NCBI GenBank assembly: GCA_015064525.1
Contig: SVSC01000002.1
Location: 1 to 52,925 of the forward strand
Length of the DNA: 52,925 nucleotides
Direction of reading: 5' to 3'
Source of the DNA: Oscillospiraceae bacterium
GTDB lineage: Bacteria; Bacillota; Clostridia; Oscillospirales; CAG-272
Within the stretch, counting starts at the first letter, position 1. Each line of letters begins with the position of its first letter. The translations under genes were made by a program, and so were the position numbers. The notes beneath the pieces are model-generated. The model was not told the origin of the DNA, made no database searches, and saw only the letters and a program-made list of their open reading frames with translations. Of the stretch, positions 42,402 through 52,082 are shown one piece after another.

Positions 42402-45400
42402 GCAAATACCTCCTCGCACCACTTAATCGGATAGTTTATAAGCGGCCCGGGATCTTCATCATTGTTTCCAAAGATAAAATACGGAATCACATCAACAAAG
42501 GTATGCCCGATCAACCCTACAATTCCATCAGCATTGACAAAATTATAGGTGCCTATATCACGCGCATCAGTTACAAGCTCCCCACCGGATCCATAGACTC
42601 CTTCTTGACCGTTGCGCCACGTAACCTTTTTGTTTCGTTTCTCACCGGCAGAAAATTGATGGAAATCATCCTTAACATTTGGGATAATGTCATCCTTATT
42701 GGTTTGCTCAGCAGTACTGAGATCATTGGGTACACCTTCATTTTTTGCAGCACGAACATCATAATGCCAAGTTTGAACTGCAAGCGCAGTGGTTGCAACT
42801 GTTGCGACTTTCCATGCAACACAAGTTAATGCCACATTTCCAGTTACAAGTCCTACACCGCAAGCCAACAGAGCACCAACCGCAACAGCCTCGGTAATCC
42901 ATCTAGGCCATGTTCCCTGTGAATCCGATTGATTGATAGGATCATTATTACAATATGCAAACATATTGTAGCTCAAGAGCCCTTGCCCTGTGCTTACATA
43001 TCCATCCGCATTGAGGAATCTGCACCATTCGGGATTATAGTACCTACTTTGGAGATAGTAGTATTTTGTTTCCGCATCGTAGAAGTAGCCTCTGTAGCGG
43101 AAGGGGTTATACAACTCAACCAGATTGGTTTCAAAGGCGCTGTTTCCGCTTACACCTTGCGCGGTGCAAACGCCCCAAGCATTATAGGTGTAGGTGCCGA
43201 TCTTTCTGCCGGTCGAATCGTAAACGGCAACAATATCCCCTTGCAGATTCTTCTCAAAGAAATAGCAATCAAACACATCTGCGGTATAATCGGATGTACG
43301 GTATTTAATACCGATGGGAGCGCCCATTTCGTCATAGACGAACAGCATCAAATGCTCGACATCTCTACGAACCCACTTTTGCCCTATCACCTGACTGCCG
43401 TTGAGAATATACTCATAGGTGGTCCCTTGGGCGGTCTTGCTTGTGCGGATGCCATCGGCGTTGTAGGTGAAGATGCATTCATCGGAGCTTTCATAGTACT
43501 CGCCGTACTCCGAAAAGTAGCAGTACCACATGGAAACAAGCTGTCTGCCTTCCCATTCAAACACGTAGCCCGCGCCGCTGTAGTAATCGGGATCATAATA
43601 GCCCATGAAAATGGGGTTTCCGATCTCGTCGTAGATGATCTCATCTCCGTTGTAGATGGTTAAAAGATCGCCCCAACCGGTGGAATCACCATAAAGGAAC
43701 ATGGAGTAATCCTGCGCTGAGCCAAGGGCTCCGGTAGTGAACGCATACTGCTTCTTTTCCAGTATATTCCCTGCGTTGTCGTAAATATACTCATAGCTGC
43801 AGTTCAACGGACGATTATCCTCGCGGATCAGCTGACCGAGGTTATCATACGCATACCGATACTGCACCACGCCGTTGGAATCGGTGATCTGCGTGATGTT
43901 ACCGCGGGAATCGTAGGTATAGTTATAGGTAGTAGCGGAAAGCACCGATGTGCCTGCCCCCACACGGATCTCGCTGGTCACTTGGGAGACCAAATGGGTG
44001 AGCTTATAGCCGTCATCAATCAGATACTCATAATTTACGTAGTTGTAGAAAGCATCCGCGTCGGAGGCGTTGAGATCAATGGTTTTATAGTCGGTTCTGC
44101 CGAACACGTCGTACTGCGGGTTGATGGTTCCCGTGATCCCGTCACCCGAAAGAGACACACGCTCCAGGTAGCCTGTTTCGTTACCGTAGGAATAATAGTA
44201 ATAGCTATCCGCACTGTAGTCGTCCCCATGGTAGTTTCCCGTGGGGCAGGCATAATCCACGCTTTGAGAAAGCCACACCAGCCGAGAGGATTCATCATAG
44301 CTCATGCGGATGCCCGATTGGTTCAGCATGGTTTCGCTATTGTAGGTATAGGAGGTGTCAAATCTTCCCGCGCGGTCGTACTTGTACACCGTTACTTCAT
44401 CGTTGCGGTGGTCGGTGACCGACGAAAGGTTGCCGCGAGAATCGTAGGCATAGGAGTAAACGGTTTCATAAGCGCCGTTTACACCTGTATTATAGCAGAT
44501 TTCTTCCACTCTGTCAAGCATATCGTACAAATATTTTACGCTTAATCCGTTTCCATAGTTCAAAACGCTTAATTTTCCGTTGTTTGCGTTGTACTCGTAG
44601 CTTGCCAGCTCATATCCACCAACGGTGACTCCCGTTGTGTTGCCGAAGGCATCGTAGGCGAAGAAATAGCTTGAGGATTCGGTGTAAATTCCCGTAAGCC
44701 GCTGGGTGACGGCATCGTAGTCGTAGTCCACCGACGCACTGTTGGTGACCTGACTATAGCTGTAGATTGGCTGGTCGGTGTTGGGATCGGTGGTGACTGT
44801 GAGCCTTGCGGGCAGCGTATGCACCAGATTCCCAATGGCGTCGTACTCATAATAAACGCCGTTGTTATCGGGTGTGGTTGCCGAGGCGATCAGCCGCCCG
44901 TTCTTTTCGTTGCGGAAATACAGCGTGACGTTGGAGCGGGTGTCCTCCTCCAAATATACCGCTCCAAAAATATGCGGAGAGTTGGAAAGATAATATTCTG
45001 TACGCTGATTGAACTGCTGATTGGTTCCATCGCTATTTTGCGTAACGGTGTTCGTTAGCAAACCATAGTCATCATAGGCGTAGGTTGTGAAATACATCTC
45101 CTGAATGTCATTTTCCGAAATGCTGTTAGGATTATAGATTCTGCCGCGCACATACCGCTTGGTGCGCTCACAAATAACACGGTTATTGGAATCATATTCG
45201 TATTCCATCACGGTTCCGCCGGAGGAAGCCGAACGAATCACGTTGTGATTTCCATCGTAAGCATTCCAAGCCCGATTATGCCCCGACATGGAGCTTGCAA
45301 GATAGCCATACTCATTGTAGCTATAAACAGCGGAGCCTGTGGAATCCACCACAAGAGAAATGTTATCGAAGGATCCCACCCCGGGGTTTTTGAGATACAG

Positions 45401-48400
45401 AAGCTTCACCGTGATGGTATCCACAATTCCTTTGCCCGGATCGGTTACAAAGGTGTTGCTCATGAACTGCCAATCGGTGATTTCCTTGTTGAAATGGAAG
45501 GTGTGGGTTTCGGTTGGCGCATCGGAGGTGCCGTTATAATACTTTACAATCACCTCAATGCCGAACACACTGCTTTCCGATTGACTTTGCGCCGTTCCCT
45601 TTGCAAAGCCGGACAGCGTGAAGAGAATCGGATCCCATTCCGCATAGAAATCATTGTCGTAATTCTGCTTTCGATCATTGTTTGCAACCGCAATTTGCTG
45701 TTGCGGAATCACGGAGGAGGTGAGGCTTTGAGAAACACGCAACACGTTACCGAACACGCCGATACCGGAGGCTCCCACAGAAACCGCGTTGGTGTTCACA
45801 TTGCTCCAAACCGAAGAAGGATTCGCTCCCGTGGTTTCAAAATGACCCATTTCGAGCATATCATACTCGGCAGTTCCCGTTGTTTTGGATAGCATGAGGT
45901 TACCCACTTCCACAACAATTTCTTGCGCAGGTGATCCCGTTACCACAACGGAAATTTTGTAGGTCTCGTTGCCTCCCGAAGCAGGCACAGTGAAATCCAG
46001 ATTTGCGAAAACGGTGGTAACGGTGGCGTAATATTCATTTACGGGAACCTCTTTCACAAAGCGATTCTGTGAATTGGTTACCGATTCGGCCTTCAAATAA
46101 ATCTGTGCCCCCTCGGCTTCAAACGTATTCACCACCATGGAAAGCGAATAGGTTCCTTCGCTGAGCGCAACATTTTGATAAATGGAAGAAGAATTCACAT
46201 TTTGATTTACCTTCAACTCTGCCCAGGAATGGCCGACATCATATCTATCCACAAGTAAGGTAGCAATACGGCGCACGGAGCCCGTGGTTTGCCAAACGTT
46301 CAACGTGGAGCCTGTATATTGCTCAAACCCACCGTTAAGCAGATAATTGGAGGAGCTTTGGGTGGTTTGCACCGAGGATTTGAGGTTGTTTTTCGCTTTT
46401 TCGTTTTCCTCGCCCACGTACTGTCCGCTTGAAGCGCCGTAGAGTCTTGTTCCATCGCTGTCGGTTGTGTAGCAGCTAACGGTTCTGCCCTCGTAGTCGA
46501 ACACGTAGGTGGTGCGAAGATCATCGTCGATGCCGCTGTAGTCCGAGGCTTCGGGATCGTCTAACACGTCGTTGGAGCCGCTTGTGGTGATCACGGTGCT
46601 GTCGGTGTTGTATTCGATCCCAATCTGCTGGCCGCTTACGTATCTCGTGCCGTTGTATGCCGACTCGGCAACGTTGATCACGCGGTTGTAGTGATCCAGC
46701 GTGTAATACAAACGGTAGCCGGTCATACCGTTTTTCACGGAATAGAGATAGCCGTTGGAATCGTAGGAATAGTCGGCAACGGCATCCACCACGAGACTGC
46801 CGTGGTTGGCGTTGGCATTGGTGTTGTAGAACGCCAGCAGCTCCGACTGGGTGAGGGTGGACTCGGTGCTCTTATGCAGGCGCACCGTTTGACGGAGATA
46901 GTTGCTGCCCGAGGTGGAAATGCTACCCGTTGGCGTTGCGGAATGGCGGAAGATCACCGCCTCGCCCGAGGTGGGATTCCACACCGCGTAGAGCAGGTAG
47001 TTGCTGTCGTACGCCAGCTTTAGCTGCTCGATGGGGGTGGTGGAGTCATTGGGATAGAGGTTGACGCCGATCGGGCGCGGACCGTAGTCGAAGGTGAACA
47101 CCACGCGGTTGCCGCTCCGATCCTCGATGGAGGTGAGATACCAGCCCGAAACCGTTCCCGCCGGCGTGCCGCCAAGATTGGTGAAATGCCGCACAGTCTC
47201 GCTTGAATCGGTAATGGTGACGGCGGTGTTTGTTTTGGCAAGGGTGAGGAGAAGACCGTCCTCATCGTCGTAGTACTTGACGTTATCCACTTCTTCACGA
47301 AGCAGGAAATAATGCTCGGTGCCGTCGGCATCCGCCCAGATCATGTAGGTGCCGATGGAGCCGTCCTTCTTCACGTAGTTCTTTTCCAGAACGGTTTCAT
47401 GAATGTTCTGCTTGAAGCCAATGGCAACGTCCGAGCCCCAATAAGAGGTTTGCACGTTGGGATACTGATATTTTTGCCCTGCCATGGAGGAATTGTAGAT
47501 CACAGTGGGCGTGTAGGGCATGAGGGCATCGGTGGAGGTGAGGGTTGGAATGGCAAACACCAAATTGCCTGTTGCGTGGTTCACCGAGCCTGCTCCCGCA
47601 AAGCCCGCGCTTTGGGAGGAATACGTCCAATAATCCTCCAGCCCCTTCATGTCTCTATACTCGATGCAAAGCACGGGACGCTCACTCACAGTGGCGCTAT
47701 CGTTGGAGCAAAAGATCGCGTCACCTACAGCAATGGTATCGGTGGCGGGGCCGAACATCATGCCGTAGTTTACGCCTGTGTACCATTTTTTCACGATGGG
47801 AGTGATATTCCATGTACAAGTGATATCCTTTGGAATATAGGTTTCTATATTGTCTCTGTAGACGGTTTCCACGTGGAAAAAATCGGTATAATTTGCCGCG
47901 GGCTTCCCCATGGAATTGGAGGTTGCCACCGTGTTGTTCCAGTTCAGGTATTGATCCCACGAGCTTGTGACGTCATACACAGCCACGTACTGAGAGACCT
48001 CCTCTGAGCTGACACACCGCATGGAGAAGGTGGCGTTGGTGATATAGGCGGAGCTCGGAAGGGTTGGCAGCGTGTTCATCCTCCAATATGTCCGCCAATG
48101 GGTGCCAACTGTCAGCTCGGCGCCGCTGAGATAGGTGGTGGTGGGCTCGGTGTAGTGAATGGAAAGATCCAGAATTGAGGAGTTATTGATCGAATAAATG
48201 GGTGGGTCGATGGTAACGGGATATGCCCGCTCGGTGTCATTCATCCATTCGCGGTCTGCGGTAATGGTAATGGTGTAGCTACCGTTACCGTGATCGACCA
48301 GCGACATGGCTACAGCTTCGGAGGTAACACCCGCTGCGTCCACAACGGTGGGGGCGGGAATTTGATAGAGCGGCGCCATGGTTTCGGGATTTGCCAGCAG

Positions 48401-49090
48401 AATGCCGCCATCCTCCGAGGCAACGGCAATCAGATTATTTAGGGAAAGGGCGAAGGCATAGGAATAGTCTTCGCCACGTGCTTTCACAATAATGTTCTCT
48501 TTGATATGCAGTCCGTTCAGAACGTACTCCAAATCAACGTTTTCCAAAATATCTTTGTATTGAACAGTTGCGCAAAGATTTTCCAAAAAGGTCATCTTTT
48601 GCAGCTCGGTCATTTCGGATTCGTCCTCCGCAGGTGCAAGAATCTCTCCGCGCACCTTCTTTTGGGCGCCGATCAGAGAAAGCTCCAGCTTGCGGTTGGC
48701 ATCATGCAGGGTGAACAAGCTTCCGCTTCCACCCGTTTTCTTTACAAACTTGACGCGAGCGTTGGAGGTGGTGATTTCACTTCCCTCCACTTGCAGGCGG
48801 TTGTCGATCTCCTTCCAATCGCCGTTTTCGTCGAGTGCGTGAACGGGAGACTCATATTGCGCCAGATAGTAGGAGCCGTTCTCCAAACGGAAGGTTTTGG
48901 AATCGGCGGTTCTCAGCTCGGTGAGCTCCATGATCTCCTCGGACTCCGCCGAGAGGGCCTCCCCACCGTTTTGGGCAAGGGCTTGCCGAATATCCTCGGC
49001 AAACACAGAAAGGGGCAAGGAAAGCAACACCAACAGAAGGGATAAAAAGACAGACAATGTTTTCACGGATAACTTCCTGATTTTTTTCAT
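42398..49090 (-). CDS. RHS/YD-repeat polymorphic toxin with Sec signal peptide
   Basis: Signal peptide MKKIRKLSVKTLSVFLSLLLVLLSLPLSVFA. Many YD repeats. RHS core end YYYLQSRYYNPEWCRFLNADG plus PINQSDSQGTW. 169-aa variable tip. GGAG SD. Confidence 0.9.
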   Translation of the reverse strand: MKKIRKLSVKTLSVFLSLLLVLLSLPLSVFAEDIRQALAQNGGEALSAESEEIMELTELRTADSKTFRLENGSYYLAQYESPVHALDENGDWKEIDNRLQVEGSEITTSNARVKFVKKTGGSGSLFTLHDANRKLELSLIGAQKKVRGEILAPAEDESEMTELQKMTFLENLCATVQYKDILENVDLEYVLNGLHIKENIIVKARGEDYSYAFALSLNNLIAVASEDGGILLANPETMAPLYQIPAPTVVDAAGVTSEAVAMSLVDHGNGSYTITITADREWMNDTERAYPVTIDPPIYSINNSSILDLSIHYTEPTTTYLSGAELTVGTHWRTYWRMNTLPTLPSSAYITNATFSMRCVSSEEVSQYVAVYDVTSSWDQYLNWNNTVATSNSMGKPAANYTDFFHVETVYRDNIETYIPKDITCTWNITPIVKKWYTGVNYGMMFGPATDTIAVGDAIFCSNDSATVSERPVLCIEYRDMKGLEDYWTYSSQSAGFAGAGSVNHATGNLVFAIPTLTSTDALMPYTPTVIYNSSMAGQKYQYPNVQTSYWGSDVAIGFKQNIHETVLEKNYVKKDGSIGTYMIWADADGTEHYFLLREEVDNVKYYDDEDGLLLTLAKTNTAVTITDSSETVRHFTNLGGTPAGTVSGWYLTSIEDRSGNRVVFTFDYGPRPIGVNLYPNDSTTPIEQLKLAYDSNYLLYAVWNPTSGEAVIFRHSATPTGSISTSGSNYLRQTVRLHKSTESTLTQSELLAFYNTNANANHGSLVVDAVADYSYDSNGYLYSVKNGMTGYRLYYTLDHYNRVINVAESAYNGTRYVSGQQIGIEYNTDSTVITTSGSNDVLDDPEASDYSGIDDDLRTTYVFDYEGRTVSCYTTDSDGTRLYGASSGQYVGEENEKAKNNLKSSVQTTQSSSNYLLNGGFEQYTGSTLNVWQTTGSVRRIATLLVDRYDVGHSWAELKVNQNVNSSSIYQNVALSEGTYSLSMVVNTFEAEGAQIYLKAESVTNSQNRFVKEVPVNEYYATVTTVFANLDFTVPASGGNETYKISVVVTGSPAQEIVVEVGNLMLSKTTGTAEYDMLEMGHFETTGANPSSVWSNVNTNAVSVGASGIGVFGNVLRVSQSLTSSVIPQQQIAVANNDRKQNYDNDFYAEWDPILFTLSGFAKGTAQSQSESSVFGIEVIVKYYNGTSDAPTETHTFHFNKEITDWQFMSNTFVTDPGKGIVDTITVKLLYLKNPGVGSFDNISLVVDSTGSAVYSYNEYGYLASSMSGHNRAWNAYDGNHNVIRSASSGGTVMEYEYDSNNRVICERTKRYVRGRIYNPNSISENDIQEMYFTTYAYDDYGLLTNTVTQNSDGTNQQFNQRTEYYLSNSPHIFGAVYLEEDTRSNVTLYFRNEKNGRLIASATTPDNNGVYYEYDAIGNLVHTLPARLTVTTDPNTDQPIYSYSQVTNSASVDYDYDAVTQRLTGIYTESSSYFFAYDAFGNTTGVTVGGYELASYEYNANNGKLSVLNYGNGLSVKYLYDMLDRVEEICYNTGVNGAYETVYSYAYDSRGNLSSVTDHRNDEVTVYKYDRAGRFDTSYTYNSETMLNQSGIRMSYDESSRLVWLSQSVDYACPTGNYHGDDYSADSYYYYSYGNETGYLERVSLSGDGITGTINPQYDVFGRTDYKTIDLNASDADAFYNYVNYEYLIDDGYKLTHLVSQVTSEIRVGAGTSVLSATTYNYTYDSRGNITQITDSNGVVQYRYAYDNLGQLIREDNRPLNCSYEYIYDNAGNILEKKQYAFTTGALGSAQDYSMFLYGDSTGWGDLLTIYNGDEIIYDEIGNPIFMGYYDPDYYSGAGYVFEWEGRQLVSMWYCYFSEYGEYYESSDECIFTYNADGIRTSKTAQGTTYEYILNGSQVIGQKWVRRDVEHLMLFVYDEMGAPIGIKYRTSDYTADVFDCYFFEKNLQGDIVAVYDSTGRKIGTYTYNAWGVCTAQGVSGNSAFETNLVELYNPFRYRGYFYDAETKYYYLQSRYYNPEWCRFLNADGYVSTGQGLLSYNMFAYCNNDPINQSDSQGTWPRWITEAVAVGALLACGVGLVTGNVALTCVAWKVATVATTALAVQTWHYDVRAAKNEGVPNDLSTAEQTNKDDIIPNVKDDFHQFSAGEKRNKKVTWRNGQEGVYGSGGELVTDARDIGTYNFVNADGIVGLIGHTFVDVIPYFIFGNNDEDPGPLINYPIKWCEEVFA

Positions 49091-49248
49091 GGGTAGCTCC
49101 TTTCTTTTTTTGCGTGACGGCTACAGCCGTTTTTTTGTGGTGGAATTTGAAGCAATCGGCTTCGCATTCCACCTGAGTCCCTGCAATCTCCTTTGAGTGT
49201 AGGCGGGCTCAAAGGAGATCACATGGGGTTCACAATCATTTGCAAGGA

Positions 49249-49677
49249 TTAGTTGCTGGGGCAGGTTCTGTAAATCGTTTTTTCAACGCTTTCACCAATA
49301 CCGTTTTTATACACAGTTACATTTAGAACTGCTTTATATTCTGCCCCTGGTACTGCTGCGAATTCTGTATACACAATCATTGTCATTTCAGTAGTGCTGT
49401 TGTACGCAGAAGAAACCACAAACCAATCACCGCCAACATTAATGTACACCGTGATAGTAGCTTCAATCAAATCTGATGCAGATTTTTTCACTATTTGTCC
49501 ATAAGCTGAAGCAGGATTGGTTCCAAATCCCATGTTAGAACTTATAGAAAAGATGTTGTCCCACATAGGAACCACCACATCGTCATCCGGCAGCGCCGCG
49601 TAGGAAGGGATAGAGAAAAGCAAGCACAGGCTCAAAACAGCTAAGAGTAACGAACACAGTCTTTTCGTCTTTTTCAT
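49249..49677 (-). CDS. small secreted protein of unknown function, immediately upstream of rhs
   Basis: ATG 49677 behind AAGGA (the track start at 49683 is a TTG). Signal peptide MKKTKRLCSLLLAVLSLCLLFSIPSYA. About 115 aa of beta-rich mature part. AT-rich. Confidence 0.7.
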   Translation of the reverse strand: MKKTKRLCSLLLAVLSLCLLFSIPSYAALPDDDVVVPMWDNIFSISSNMGFGTNPASAYGQIVKKSASDLIEATITVYINVGGDWFVVSSAYNSTTEMTMIVYTEFAAVPGAEYKAVLNVTVYKNGIGESVEKTIYRTCPSN

Positions 49678-49824
49678 AATCAAAATCCTTTCTGAATAAA
49701 CTTCTGCCTACACCTTATATAACAGAAAAAGATGGCAAACATTACACCAATTTCAAAAAAGCAACTGAAATTCCATTTTTTGCACAAATGAAAAAGATCG
49801 GTTTTGTAAATTCTGACGTGATTT

Positions 49825-49863
49825 AAAAAAACAAGAGAATGCCTGCGGGATGCGGACATTCTC
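49825..49863 (-). terminator. rho-independent terminator after the HTH/83-aa gene pair
   Basis: Stem gagaatg..cattctc plus 4 inner pairs, followed on minus by TTGTTTTTTTAAAT. Confidence 0.7.
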
Positions 49864-49947
49864 GATAGAATGGAGCTCGGTTTGCTCTTTGGAGTCTCCT
49901 TTCTGAATTTTTAATCGCGTTGGCGACGGTTGATCAAAGGGATTCTA

Positions 49948-50199
49948 TCATCCTTTCAAAATCGGTCTCTGCAAAAAATCCTCCGCCACCTCACGCAAAT
50001 GAACGGGATCTAACCGCAGGCTGTTGCAGAGCGCAACCAGTTCCGTCATGCGTGTTCGATCGGTGGTCAGGTCTCGGGCGGATGCAACAATGGTGGCGCT
50101 TCCCTCCTCCGCCGCGTTGGCGCAGGCAACAATTCCATAGGAAACGCGAATGTAATGATTGAGAACATAAATTTCCTTCACAAGCCCATAGGTGATCAT
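49948..50199 (-). CDS. 83-aa conserved-looking hypothetical protein
   Basis: AGGAGG SD, 33 nt after the HTH gene. Translation MITYGLVKEIYVLNHYIRVSYGIVA...LCNSLRLDPVHLREVAEDFL. I cannot assign a family with certainty. Confidence 0.6.
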   Translation of the reverse strand: MITYGLVKEIYVLNHYIRVSYGIVACANAAEEGSATIVASARDLTTDRTRMTELVALCNSLRLDPVHLREVAEDFLQRPILKG

Positions 50200-50232
50200 G
50201 CTTGGGCTTCACCTCCTTTCAAGAGTTACGGT

Positions 50233-50487
50233 TCATTGATCTGATGTTTTTTCAAAGTCCTGCTTCAGTTGCAGCAAAAAGGCATCGGCGCTGGGGAGGC
50301 GCATCAAAAGCAGAACCGTGGTGAGCGCGCTGCAAGCGTTTACGCCACATTCAATGTCCGCATAGGAGCGCTTGCTCATGAACAATGCCTCCGCCATTTT
50401 TTCTTGAGTGGATCCCTCCTTTTCTCGCTCCCGCAACGCCAGCGAGCGGGTTGCGCTTTTTAAGATCAGCTTCATTTCCTCTCTCAT
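50233..50487 (-). CDS. XRE-type helix-turn-helix protein (84 aa)
   Basis: STQEKMAEALFMSKRSYADIECG is an HTH_3-like core. Confidence 0.6.
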   Translation of the reverse strand: MREEMKLILKSATRSLALREREKEGSTQEKMAEALFMSKRSYADIECGVNACSALTTVLLLMRLPSADAFLLQLKQDFEKTSDQ

Positions 50488-50516
50488 GCAGTTTTTCCTA
50501 AGAGCAAACCGAGAAC

Positions 50517-50545
50517 ATTCTACCCGCTCTCTCGGCTTCTCTCAA
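50517..50545 (-). promoter_or_regulatory. candidate promoter of the HTH gene
   Basis: Minus strand reads TTGAGA-17 nt-TAGAAT. Confidence 0.35.
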
Positions 50546-50643
50546 TGAGGCATACCTCGCAAATTGGAAGAAATTGTCACATTTTGGGAGTTTCGCGAGA
50601 GGGGTGGCGCATACGCTTTTTTCGCATCTGCCCTTAGTTATTA

Positions 50644-50680
50644 CAAAAAAGAGACCGAAACATTACACTGTTCGATCTCT
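50644..50680 (-). terminator. rho-independent terminator after the anti-sigma gene
   Basis: 10-bp stem (agagaucgaa/uucggucucu, one G-U pair) followed by TTTTTT on minus. Confidence 0.7.
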
Positions 50681-50707
50681 TTTTAAGAAAAAATTTTCAA
50701 TTAAGCC

Positions 50708-51481
50708 TTATTTAACGCTTTCGGCAAAGGAAATTAAATCTGATTTTGCTAAAAAGCCCTGTATTTTATAGACATATTCGCCGTCAAACCAAGTAATAGC
50801 ATTAAATTCATTCTCGCCATAAAACAATATAACGGCGGGGTTACCATTTATTTCCATATGTTTTAAATTAAGTTCCGAATTATCATACCACATTTCATCC
50901 TTTAGTAGCGACTGAGTAAAGGTAAAACACCATTCATCTTCTTGACTGAAATCCAGTGTATAAACCAAACCACTAACAAATGTTTCCACACCAATATACC
51001 CCTCCGGCAATCCCTGCGGCTTGCGGTACTCCAGAATAACGGTGGGAACCTCCGCGGCGGGCGGCTGAGGCTCGGTGACACTTGGTTCCGTTGGTGTTCC
51101 AAGGCTTTCGGCAGGCGGTGCCTGCGTTTCAGCGGCATCCTCCGAGGGTGACGGTACAAAGCTTACAGAAACAAAATCCTCATACCACGAAACAATGCTT
51201 CTCCAAATGGTTTTTCCCAAGCCCGAAACGCTCAACGTCAGCACGATCATGGCGGTAATGATTGCGGCAATTGCCAGCACGCGGGCGGGCGATTTTCTGC
51301 GAACCGCTCCGAATTTCGGCGTATGGCTTTCAATGGTCTTGCGCACCTTTTCGTCGATCCAATCGGGGCGAACCACCGAGGATGTATCCATGGCGGCAAT
51401 GGAGGCTGCCGTCTTTTTTGCATGCTCCTCCAGCGCCAAACAAAGCAACGTATCCAGTTGCTTTTCAACGCTTCTTCTCAT
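50708..51481 (-). CDS. single-pass membrane protein, anti-sigma-factor-like (DUF4367-like C-terminal domain)
   Basis: ATG 51481 overlaps the sigma stop (ATGA). Cytoplasmic N-terminal region, TM VLAIAAIITAMIVLTLSVSGL, Pro-rich linker, and a C-terminal ~120-aa exported domain. Confidence 0.5.
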   Translation of the reverse strand: MRRSVEKQLDTLLCLALEEHAKKTAASIAAMDTSSVVRPDWIDEKVRKTIESHTPKFGAVRRKSPARVLAIAAIITAMIVLTLSVSGLGKTIWRSIVSWYEDFVSVSFVPSPSEDAAETQAPPAESLGTPTEPSVTEPQPPAAEVPTVILEYRKPQGLPEGYIGVETFVSGLVYTLDFSQEDEWCFTFTQSLLKDEMWYDNSELNLKHMEINGNPAVILFYGENEFNAITWFDGEYVYKIQGFLAKSDLISFAESVK

Positions 51482-52044
51482 AGCCAATTCTCCTTTCTCA
51501 ATTCCGCAAACAACCTTTTTCTCATGCGGGAAATGCAAACACGGTAGGTATTCGGTGTGATTCCAAGGATTTTTGCTGCATCAGCATCGGAAAAGCCATA
51601 GATGAACCGCAAATAAAGCATATCCACATAGCGCGCTCCCATGCCGCTAACGATCTGCTCCGCCCGCGCGATCAGCTCTTTTGAGAATACAATACGGTTC
51701 ACGTCGGCGGAATAATCCACAATGTCAAACTCCATGCCATCCTCATCGCGTAAGGTTGACGCTTCATGTTGCATTCTCCGCTTGATTTTATGATACCGAT
51801 TGAGGGCATTGTTCCGACAGCACATGTGCAGAAAACAGCTTTGATGCGTTGCGTCCATTTCACGGAAGGACTGCAAGCTGTCGATCAGAATAACCACGGT
51901 ATCATGAACGCAATCCCAGCAATCATCCGCCAGCTCCAAAATCCGATTAGCGGTTTCAAAAAGCTGATTGCAATTTTCACGATAAATGCCATCCACGTAA
52001 TCCCTGTCGTTTTCATCTCGAATTGCCGCTATGATCGGTAGCAT
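51478..52044 (-). CDS. sigma-70 family (ECF-like) RNA polymerase sigma factor
   Basis: Region 4 HTH YLRFIYGFSDADAAKILGITPNTYRVCISRMRKRL. Region 2-like DCVHDTVVILIDSL. ATG 52044 behind AGAGGGA. The track start at 52077 lies about 6 nt from the -10 box. Confidence 0.7.
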   Translation of the reverse strand: MLPIIAAIRDENDRDYVDGIYRENCNQLFETANRILELADDCWDCVHDTVVILIDSLQSFREMDATHQSCFLHMCCRNNALNRYHKIKRRMQHEASTLRDEDGMEFDIVDYSADVNRIVFSKELIARAEQIVSGMGARYVDMLYLRFIYGFSDADAAKILGITPNTYRVCISRMRKRLFAELRKENWL

Positions 52045-52082
52045 TTTTATCTTTCCCTCTTTCATTGTTTTTTTCATTGTTC

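Noticed and set aside
49117-49136. Plus-strand hairpin acggc-taca-gccgt followed by TTTTTTT inside the rhs leader
   Set aside because: It would terminate only an antisense transcript. The stem is 5-6 bp. On the coding strand it is merely preceded by an A-run.
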